Shown in pieces: positions 56,385 through 64,000 of a DNA stretch of 64,000 nucleotides. A model generated the notes under the pieces. It was not told the DNA's origin and did no database searches. It saw nothing but the letters and a program-made list of their open reading frames with translations. The DNA is taken from positions 12,651 through 76,650 of IMG/VR virus record IMGVR_UViG_3300045988_129366; one strand, written 5' to 3'. The translations under genes were made by a program, and so were the position numbers. Numbering within the stretch: the stretch's first letter is position 1; the number at the start of each line of letters is the position of its first letter. This stretch comes from a virus.

Positions 56385-57115
56385 ATCTCTTGTTTTTGAG
56401 ATAGGTTATAATCCAATTTAAGTTGCGCCTGAGCGTCCTTTACTCGCTTCACGGCAATGTCGTAATACTCCTGCATCAGCTCTATCCCGATACCTCTGCG
56501 TCCCGTGTTGGCGCAAGCGACCATTGTAGAGCCGCTTCCCATGAACGGGTCGAGAACAACACTATTCTTATCAGTTGAGTTACATACAAATCTCTCCATG
56601 AGGGTTATCGGTTTCTCTGACGGGTGTACTTTGGTTCCATATACACCCTTACACCCTCGAATGAGAGCCGTATCTCCCATGTGTCTTATATACTCCGCTT
56701 TGCCTTTACACATAAACAGAATAAACTCTATATCCTTTCTGTAATATTGTATCGGGGTAGCCATTCCTTTATCCCACACAAGGATGTTTAGCAAATGGAA
56801 TCGAGCGCTTTTAGCAGATGATAAATAATCGCACAAATTCTTGTCATTAGTCATACAATAAAATTGTCCGCCATTGCGTAGTACTCGGTACAATTCCTGC
56901 ATCCAAATAGATGTTTCGGGAATTTCAAAGAACTTGCCCTTGCCAACCTCTGCCGATGACAGCTTGGAAAACCTCACAATCTTCTTGTTATGTCCTCCGC
57001 CCACTAATTTATAGGGAGGGTCTGTAACGACGCAATCCACACTGCTGTCAGGTATTCCTTTCAGCAGTTCAAGGCAGTCGCCGCGCAGGAGGGTGATGTT
57101 GTCTGTTTTATTCAT
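56381..57115 (-). CDS. DNA methyltransferase (N6-adenine/N4-cytosine, DPPY family)
   Basis: VVTDPPY (motif IV) and LDPFMGSGST (motif I) in beta-class order; start at internal ATG 57115 overlapping upstream stop. Confidence 0.8.
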   Translation of the reverse strand: MNKTDNITLLRGDCLELLKGIPDSSVDCVVTDPPYKLVGGGHNKKIVRFSKLSSAEVGKGKFFEIPETSIWMQELYRVLRNGGQFYCMTNDKNLCDYLSSAKSARFHLLNILVWDKGMATPIQYYRKDIEFILFMCKGKAEYIRHMGDTALIRGCKGVYGTKVHPSEKPITLMERFVCNSTDKNSVVLDPFMGSGSTMVACANTGRRGIGIELMQEYYDIAVKRVKDAQAQLKLDYNLSQKQEI

Positions 57116-57399
57116 TCTGAATCCTTTTGAGTACAACTTTGCGCCTTTTGCCACCACATATCGAAAACAACATCGCCATCAACACCCTCTATGTGTGTCG
57201 CCACATATTTTGCCAAATCTGTAAGGCGGATTGTTTCTATCATTCTCAAAACGATATTGATTTCCAATAACCGTTCTTCCTTGCCTCCCACATTTGAGGA
57301 CATACAAGACGCAATTACAGAAACGATAGCTGTCTTATAATCCAAGTCCTTTTCCATGTAGGCTCGGATGTCTCGTTCTTTATGCTCGTTATTTTTCAT
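57112..57399 (-). CDS. hypothetical protein
   Basis: 95-aa ORF. Confidence 0.4.
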   Translation of the reverse strand: MKNNEHKERDIRAYMEKDLDYKTAIVSVIASCMSSNVGGKEERLLEINIVLRMIETIRLTDLAKYVATHIEGVDGDVVFDMWWQKAQSCTQKDSE

Positions 57400-57429
57400 A
57401 TCGGCTCTTTTGGCTCTTGGTTGTTATTA

Positions 57430-58338
57430 TCAGTTGTTGAAATATTCAGCACAGCGGAATCCGCGCCTCGGCTCATAATCCATAAAATCCATACCTTTGA
57501 AAAGCCATGCGCGGTTAGCCCATCGCGCCAAATCCTTTTCGTATGCGGTCGGCACACGCTTGTTCTCAAAGTCGCGGTAAGGCTGCACAAACGGTAATAT
57601 TTTCAATTCTTTCAGTCTGCGAAGCCTATACAAGTCCTGCTCGGGTGTGGAGTTGAACCCGACAAGCACATAGCAATAAATCTTGTACGGCTTGATGTGT
57701 TTCGTCACCTCGCGCAGTTTGTCCGTCAAGTCTATCTGCGGCAGATCCCACGCGATATGGATAGGTTTGAGCAGCGGCAGCTTATTCAGCCAATATGCCT
57801 GTTCCTCATTCATGATCCGCACGTCAACGCCATGCAGATTGACTTTCTGTTTCGCTTTCAGAAGATAATCCACGGCAGACTTCCATTCCGGATTAGCGAA
57901 GAAGTTGTTGTCAAGGACTTCTATATGCTTGCTGCGAGGATTGAGTCCTACGGGTTCCACAGGGTGTATGCCTCCCTCCTTGTCATGCACGAGACAGAAC
58001 GGGCAATGACGAATGCAACCGCGCGAGAAGAACTGAATTGAAAAGTCGTATTGAGGATATAGCGAATAATCCATAAGCGTTGACTGCTCGACTTCCTCCG
58101 GCAATCGACTCTTGATGTCATAGCCACTCCCTCCACAAACGACCTCACAATTCCACGGAGTATTGTCATCGGGCGAGAATGTGAATATCTTTGATTTGTA
58201 GACCCTATCGTAGTCTGAGCCAAACATTGCGTCAGCCCATTCTACGCTGTCCCCGTGAGCCTTGTGCCACGCGGATAACCGCATCAGCGCAAAGTTCGGG
58301 AAGTTGTGTCCGTCTATGTCTATCAGTCCGATGTTCAT
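57430..58338 (-). CDS. radical SAM domain protein (phage Gp37/Gp68-like)
   Basis: FSRGCIRHCPFCLVH = CX3CX2C radical-SAM cluster motif; 302 aa. Confidence 0.65.
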   Translation of the reverse strand: MNIGLIDIDGHNFPNFALMRLSAWHKAHGDSVEWADAMFGSDYDRVYKSKIFTFSPDDNTPWNCEVVCGGSGYDIKSRLPEEVEQSTLMDYSLYPQYDFSIQFFSRGCIRHCPFCLVHDKEGGIHPVEPVGLNPRSKHIEVLDNNFFANPEWKSAVDYLLKAKQKVNLHGVDVRIMNEEQAYWLNKLPLLKPIHIAWDLPQIDLTDKLREVTKHIKPYKIYCYVLVGFNSTPEQDLYRLRRLKELKILPFVQPYRDFENKRVPTAYEKDLARWANRAWLFKGMDFMDYEPRRGFRCAEYFNN

Positions 58339-59698
58339 ACCGCGAAGTTAAAGATATATTGTGGATTATCCTAATAAACCCATAATACGGCTTTAGATTT
58401 TGCCAAAAACAGTCTGAAAACAGCCTAATTTGCCCGAAATGTAGGGATTTGGTTCAGAAGTGCATTTTTAACCCTCTGTATATCAATCCACTGCACTTAA
58501 TGAAGTGAATTTCGCATTAAAATATTTTTCTTTATTATATATACCCTATATAATATACTATCTATCAATTACTTATATAGCCTATTTTTCTCCCCTATAT
58601 ATTTATATTTGCAAAAAGTTTTTCGTTTTTCGGTTCACAGCTACACAACGAGATATAAATATATAATAATCAATAATATATCCGTGTAGTTGCAAGTTCA
58701 GTCCGCTGCATTGAGGTGCATGAATGTTAAAAATATATAAAAGTTTGATTTTGGGGTTTGATGAGGATTTTCAGCAAAAAAATTTTTCAGAGTCGCACCC
58801 GCCCGTTTTGGTTCGGTCGACTCTCTACCCCTGGCACCCCTCTGCGGAGGTTAATGTCCCATGTATTCAGATGGTTACAACATAGATACGGTCATAACTA
58901 TGACGCAACTCTTAATTTTGACCCCAATTTTTGACTTTCAAATTGTTCCACGGTTGCAACTGTCTTAAAATCAAGAAGTTGGGCGCGAATTTCCAATGTT
59001 CCACGCAATTAACATTCAAGTCTTTCAATCGTTAAAATATCTTTCATAATTTTCTGCATTTTCGCTGTCACTCTTGACGCCTGCAAATATGCTGAAAATA
59101 AACCATGTTTCAGCGTTCCTGTTGCGATTAAATTATTTTTATGCCTCCCCACGTATCTAAAAATCGAAACTCTGACAGCGTTAAAATATGGAGGTCGATT
59201 TTGAGTATTAAATATCTAACCACCTCATTTTTAACATAATATCTATTGACAAGTCGGAAATTATTCGTAACTTTATAGTGCGAAAGGGAAAGAGACCCCA
59301 AGCGATAGAACATTGAAAAGAAAACCCCGAACCGTTGCAGCGGTCAGGGGTTGAGGGTTCAAGACAAAAGGCACTCAATCTTGAGTAAAACCCATAGTGT
59401 TGTGCCAAATGCCTTTGCTTATGATAGTTCTTGAAATTGCTATCAAAGTGGGACGGTTTAAGGTTGTGAAATTCACAATAACATTGCTTTAAACCTTACC
59501 AGGAAAGTTGCTAAAGGGCTAAGCGGTCGGATCCGCAAACTTTCCCAAGGGCTTTTTAATTCACCCACAAAGATAATCAAACTTTGCGAATTACCAAAAG
59601 ACAGGACAAACAAAAGCCCCTGCGGTTTGTCCGTCACGGATTAGGCAGGGGCACGATTAAAATTCAGATACAAAGTTAACGATTAAAATTCAAAGATT
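58339..59698. other. 1.35-kb AT-rich non-coding region with promoter and multiple stem-loops
   Basis: No ORF >=60 aa; + strand TAtaTTTG at 58604..58611; hairpins e.g. GGACAAAC..GTTTGTCC, AACCCCGAACC..GGTCAGGGGTT. Confidence 0.35.
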
Positions 59699-60292
59699 AT
59701 GAACACAACAGCAAACAAAGTTAACACCGGTGTTAACACCCCCGCCACCATGAGCGCAAACGAGATTAACGCCCGCCGCGCCGCTAACGAATTTGTCAAC
59801 GCTCCCACGCACCGCGTTAACACTGTTGACAACCACGGTAATGAAATGAGCTGCCCCGCCTGGGGACTTGATATGGCGGAAGCCGTTGCCGCCGATCGTC
59901 GCGCCGAATTTCCAAACGACACAACGGAAATCGTTGCAACAGGTGCAATGGAATACGCAAACGAAACAACCGCAATTTGCCCGCTTGACTTTGATACAGT
60001 TTTCGACGCATATAACTACGCAATGGCACACCGCCACGATGAAAACCCGTTAGCTGTCGCAATACCGACAGACGCACACGGCACGGACTACGGGCGCAGC
60101 CTCGCACTAAATGGCGTTAAGTTGTTCGCCGTATGGTCTGACGAACTGGAAGAAACAGCAAACGGCTATGTCTATACCACTGAGACCGGAGCGCGTGAAG
60201 CTATGGCACAAGTGGAAGCCAATGACCGGGAGGCCGGAGTATATGAGCCAGACTATTACAAAGTAGTTGACATGTCAAGATATTTCGCATGA
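59699..60292 (+). CDS. hypothetical protein
   Basis: 197-aa acidic ORF. Confidence 0.45.
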   Translation: MNTTANKVNTGVNTPATMSANEINARRAANEFVNAPTHRVNTVDNHGNEMSCPAWGLDMAEAVAADRRAEFPNDTTEIVATGAMEYANETTAICPLDFDTVFDAYNYAMAHRHDENPLAVAIPTDAHGTDYGRSLALNGVKLFAVWSDELEETANGYVYTTETGAREAMAQVEANDREAGVYEPDYYKVVDMSRYFA

Positions 60293-60586
60293 AACACACC
60301 CTCAAAGCCACGGCGGCGGTTATCGGCATACTTGCCGCCGGGCTGCTCTTTTGGTATGCCATAATTGAATTTATGTGGGCATGTCATTATGCCGGGATAA
60401 GAATGTAAAACAACCCCACAAAACACAAGAATATGAAAGCTAAATTTACCGAATGGTGCGAGTATCACTATAACAGCGTTACTGACTTTATCGCCCGCGT
60501 ATTGTTCAGCGCCTCCGCGATTATCGCATTAATCACAGTGGCAAATATTATTTGCCCGATTTTCTAACCTTCAAACATCAACAATC

Positions 60587-60829
60587 ATGCAGACAATCAA
60601 AGTAAACACAAGCAAAACAGAATACGGCGTTGCATTCAGCGTTGACGGCGGAAGCTTCTTAGCAGCCGTCGGGAATGACTTCTATAATAAAGGGCGTTAC
60701 GCCGGACAATTCAGCCCCTTTGCATCATGCAATAACAAAGGCTTTGCGGATGCCGTGGAATTCATCAGCGACGCGATAGAGAGCCATTTCGCGGCCTTTG
60801 GTCTGAACGTGGAATTTGTCAACGCATAA
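60587..60829 (+). CDS. hypothetical protein
   Basis: 80-aa ORF. Confidence 0.35.
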   Translation: MQTIKVNTSKTEYGVAFSVDGGSFLAAVGNDFYNKGRYAGQFSPFASCNNKGFADAVEFISDAIESHFAAFGLNVEFVNA

Positions 60830-60840
60830 ACCGGAAGAAG

Positions 60841-61062
60841 ATGAGAACAAAGACACCTAAACAGATACACGAACAGTGGGTGCGAATTGCGAACTTTGCG
60901 GAGCGTCGCATAATATACAGCCAGTGCAAGGATATAGTTTGCAGATACCTGCGCAACATGGCTAATTACAACGGTGCAGCTCCTTATTGGTCTAACGGCT
61001 ATCACTACAACGAACGCAATAACGCGCCCGTCCCCGCCTCAGTCTACGCAAAGCAAGTCTAA
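60841..61062 (+). CDS. hypothetical protein
   Basis: 73-aa ORF. Confidence 0.35.
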   Translation: MRTKTPKQIHEQWVRIANFAERRIIYSQCKDIVCRYLRNMANYNGAAPYWSNGYHYNERNNAPVPASVYAKQV

Positions 61063-61393
61063 CCCCTAAACAGATAAAGACATGATACTAATTGCCCTAA
61101 TATGCGTTATCGCATGGCTCGGCCCTGCATTACGCGACGGAAGCAATACAAAGTAAATAACCCCTAAAACGAAAAGAGATGAACGATAAAAAGAAAGAAT
61201 CAGACACACGGAGTTATTATATAACATACTCCCCGGAAGTGATTAAGCAGGCAGAAAATTACGCGCTTGCAATGAACGAAGCGAGAATTAAACAATAACC
61301 GCTCCTCCCGGCTCGGCTAACCGATACAGGCGGAGCGACACCGCCTATTGGCAGACCTCAACGAATTTTATTAACTTAGCAGACAAAAAGATT

Positions 61394-62188
61394 ATGGTAC
61401 AGAATAACAGACCTTACGTTTTATGGCGGCGCGTATCTACAAAGGAACAGGGCGAGTCTAAGCTCGGGCTTGAAGCGCAAGTGGCAATCGCCGAAGATGA
61501 AATGGGATGCCCCGCAGTAAAGATTTTTACTGATGTCTATTCCGGCACAAAATTAGCCGGCTGTCAGCAGCTATGGCAAGCAATCAGATATTGCAAGAAA
61601 AACAATCTTCTGCTTGTGGTTGCCAATACAGACCGTTTTCGCGATGTCAAATATGCGCTTACAGTGCTTGATGAAGTAGGCGAGGGGAACATTGTATTTT
61701 GCGACCTTCCTACGTCAGACAGACAAGTTCTCACTATTTATATCTCTATTTGGGAAAAACAGGCGAGACAGGGGCGAATCAAAACGCAGGTGGCACTCAA
61801 CGAGCTAAAAAAGAAATCAGATCGCGGCGAGAAGTGGATAAGTAAGAACGGGAATTTATGCGACCGCCTCGGCAGACCGGCCGATGGCATCGACGAGAAT
61901 GGTAAGCCATATTGGGACGTGTCGGCGATGGTAACAGCAGCTTCAGCGGCAAGAAGCGATGCGGCGATTTTGTGGATGGAGCACTCGAAGGCTGTAGAAC
62001 GCGCACGAGCCAAACGCGCCGAAGGCTGGAGAATCGACGATATTGTGCGCGACCTCGGCGAACTCTACGACCAAAATATTCCCGACGACCCAAAGGACAA
62101 GAACCCATACGGCACGCCAACGGGCTGCAAGCCGAGCAAAGGCACAGTTTCCAAATGGTGCCGCGAAATGAATCCTTTGGCGGTCTAA
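61394..62188 (+). CDS. serine recombinase (resolvase/invertase catalytic domain)
   Basis: WRRVSTKEQ (catalytic Ser), ANTDRFRD; 264 aa. Confidence 0.7.
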   Translation: MVQNNRPYVLWRRVSTKEQGESKLGLEAQVAIAEDEMGCPAVKIFTDVYSGTKLAGCQQLWQAIRYCKKNNLLLVVANTDRFRDVKYALTVLDEVGEGNIVFCDLPTSDRQVLTIYISIWEKQARQGRIKTQVALNELKKKSDRGEKWISKNGNLCDRLGRPADGIDENGKPYWDVSAMVTAASAARSDAAILWMEHSKAVERARAKRAEGWRIDDIVRDLGELYDQNIPDDPKDKNPYGTPTGCKPSKGTVSKWCREMNPLAV

Positions 62189-62532
62189 TCAAAACAAATT
62201 ATTATCTTTGTGTTTTAAAAACTCCGGCGCAGGAGGGTAAAGTCTGCAAAACACCATGGCTCTTTACAATGTTCTTTACACAAACCGAGCAGAAATGTCG
62301 ATTATCAATGAAGTTCCTTTCACAGAACTTGACAAGGCGATCGCTTTTGCTGACAGTCAGGTAGAAGGAATGGAAAAATGTACCGGCGACCCTGAAACTG
62401 ATTCGCATCCGTCTTGCTGCTACACCGTGACGACCGCGCCGGAGAAAGATGTCATCTCGACGAATGGGAACCCGAAGACGTATATCAGACAGATTGGTAT
62501 TGGGAGTAGGTGGAATAACACTTCTTCGCACC

Positions 62533-63768
62533 TCATTTCGCCCACTCGGGTATCGGCATATCGGCTTCGGGTGCATCATCAAGCGAGAAGTCTATAATCT
62601 TGCGTATCGCCAAATCCGCCTGGAAGCGCATAACTTTCAGGTAGTCGAATATCGGGCGACTATTGGCATCTTTGATGCTCTGCCCGATGGCATATTCAAG
62701 CACATATAGCGGAATGCCGAGCTGCTGCCCGAACTGCACAAATGTTTTACGTGCCGAATAGAACATCAGTTTCTTTTCAAAGCCCAAATCCTCGCCGATT
62801 TTATTTAGTCCTTTGGTTACGAATGACCGGAATTGCTCATAATCGCGGTAATGATAGCCGAAATCAAGCGTACCGTCTGCGGTGATGTATTTGTCGATGA
62901 TTACCCTCGCTTCGGGTTGTATCGTCAGAGAAACACCTTTTTCGCCCGTCTTTTTCGTCGCTGTCTTCTTGCGCACGAAGTTTATGGTATCACCGTCGAG
63001 CTTCGCGTCAATAAGGTCAGTGAGATTTATCCCGGCAAAGTAGAACGATAGCATGAACAAATCCCTCGCCACAGTGTGCCGCCGTTCGGATATGCCGCTA
63101 AATTCAGCCTCGCGCAGCTTCTTCAGCTCTTCTTTGGTTATCCAAATCTCGCGCACGTTCTTAGCGGGCATACGATAATTTGCGAAAGGCGGTATCTTAT
63201 ATTCAACAGCGCCGGTTTTTACTGCGTAATTTAGCAATGCTTTAAGGTGCGTCATGCGAATGTTGATTGTAGTGTCTGACTGACCGTTTCCCCTTAGATG
63301 GTTTTCAAACAACCCAAGAGCAATATATGTGAAATCTTTTAGCCGCACACTCCCGCCGAAGCAGTCTACTATTGCCCTTAAGGTATAGCCCATATTTTGA
63401 GCATAGGACTTCTGATTGTTTTCATTGAGGCGTTCTATATATCGTTCTGCGAATGCAGTGAAACTTTCTTTGTTAGGAGTTGCGTCGCTTTCGAGCCATT
63501 CTCTTATCTTGGATGCCGGAACACTCTTTGGCGAGTCGAGTTCATCGAGTTTCGTTTGATAAGCGCACAGCATCTGCGACAACTTGGCGTTAATCATTGC
63601 GGCCTGAGGGTGTCGAACGACCTGACCGCCGTTCCATTGCTTCTTCTCTACGTAATATTGAGTGGAAATATATGTCACACTCGTTCCATTGGTAATTTTA
63701 AACCGAATGGCGAATGTCCCGTCTTGCCTGGGGCGAGAAGTGACGATACAAAGAGATATGGTAGCCAT
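62533..63768 (-). CDS. tyrosine-type site-specific integrase (Bacteroides phage-type with N-terminal arm-binding domain)
   Basis: N-terminus ISLCIVTSRPRQDGTFAIRFKI; C-terminal catalytic region; adjacent to tRNA. Confidence 0.75.
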   Translation of the reverse strand: MATISLCIVTSRPRQDGTFAIRFKITNGTSVTYISTQYYVEKKQWNGGQVVRHPQAAMINAKLSQMLCAYQTKLDELDSPKSVPASKIREWLESDATPNKESFTAFAERYIERLNENNQKSYAQNMGYTLRAIVDCFGGSVRLKDFTYIALGLFENHLRGNGQSDTTINIRMTHLKALLNYAVKTGAVEYKIPPFANYRMPAKNVREIWITKEELKKLREAEFSGISERRHTVARDLFMLSFYFAGINLTDLIDAKLDGDTINFVRKKTATKKTGEKGVSLTIQPEARVIIDKYITADGTLDFGYHYRDYEQFRSFVTKGLNKIGEDLGFEKKLMFYSARKTFVQFGQQLGIPLYVLEYAIGQSIKDANSRPIFDYLKVMRFQADLAIRKIIDFSLDDAPEADMPIPEWAK

Positions 63769-63950
63769 AAGCCTTAAATGTTACAAACTTGTTAAAAATT
63801 CCTGCGTCAAAAAAGCGTCAAAAGATTTCTCCTCAAAAGTGAGGATATTTATTGGAATAAGCCTAATTTTTAGCTTCAATTTAACTATGTTTAACAAAAC
63901 AAGAAGCTCAACCAAGTATGTAACTGGCTGAGCTTCTTGATTTTAGGCTT

Positions 63951-64000
63951 TGAGCCACAAAGGGGGCTCGAACCCCTGACCTTTTCGTTACGAATGAAAT
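63951..64000 (-). tRNA. partial tRNA gene (3' half only; anticodon arm suggests CGT/Thr, uncertain), probable prophage attachment site
   Basis: minus strand AGGGG-TTCGAGC-CCCCT T-arm and acceptor 3' strand; truncated by window end. Confidence 0.5.

Noticed and set aside
58339-59698. CRISPR array or tandem repeat locus in the AT-rich region
   Set aside because: No regularly spaced direct repeats of constant length. Only irregular AT-rich motifs and isolated hairpins.

Overview
This 64-kb window reads as most of a temperate, siphovirus-like prophage from a Bacteroidales-type host. The window left edge (1..276) cuts through an ORF.

Evidence for the prophage call:
- Near the right edge there is a tyrosine integrase (62533..63768, -) next to a partial tRNA gene (63951..64000, -). 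This layout is typical of a prophage integrated at a tRNA.
- Bacteroides-type promoters (TTG-N19-21-TAnnTTTG) recur in front of several operons.

Layout from left to right:
- 1..5476 (+ strand): early/accessory block. It holds an HNH/NUMOD4 endonuclease and a DNA cytosine-5 methyltransferase whose coding sequence is split by about 1.3 kb of ORF-less DNA (candidate intron).
- 5539..40276 (- strand): a long leftward late operon. Reading in transcription order it contains:
  - scaffold, major capsid and head-tail genes;
  - major tail protein and a G/GT-like tail chaperone pair with a putative -1 frameshift site;
  - a two-gene membrane-protein island on the opposite strand;
  - a 1886-aa tape measure protein;
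  - a KilA-N domain moron;
  - large tail and host-specificity proteins, including a 2437-aa tail fibre with internal repeats and a C-terminal S74 intramolecular-chaperone domain;
  - a lysis cassette (M15 peptidase endolysin plus spanin-like lipoprotein and membrane proteins), followed by small unknown genes.
- 40279..40467: an initiator-like tRNA-Met(CAT) on the - strand, flanked by two copies of a repeated GC hairpin element. A third copy lies at 33329..33367.
- 40841..44340 (+ strand): terminase large subunit and portal, transcribed divergently from the structural operon.
- 44416..58338 (mostly - strand): replication and accessory genes. They include DUF3127, DUF1064, a D5/P4-type primase-helicase, a second DNA methyltransferase (DPPY motif) and a radical-SAM protein (CX3CX2C). 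Two + strand insertions interrupt this block:
  - an IS605-family tnpB-only element (48732..49874);
  - a Panacea-domain antitoxin-like gene followed by a small two-TM membrane protein (54675..55545). This is a candidate PanA-type toxin-antitoxin or defence module.
- 58339..59698: about 1.35 kb of AT-rich DNA with no ORF of 60 aa or more, containing several stem-loops.
- 59699..63768: small + strand genes, a serine recombinase, then the tyrosine integrase.

All domain assignments come from motifs read directly in the translations. No database search was possible, so each assignment is unconfirmed.
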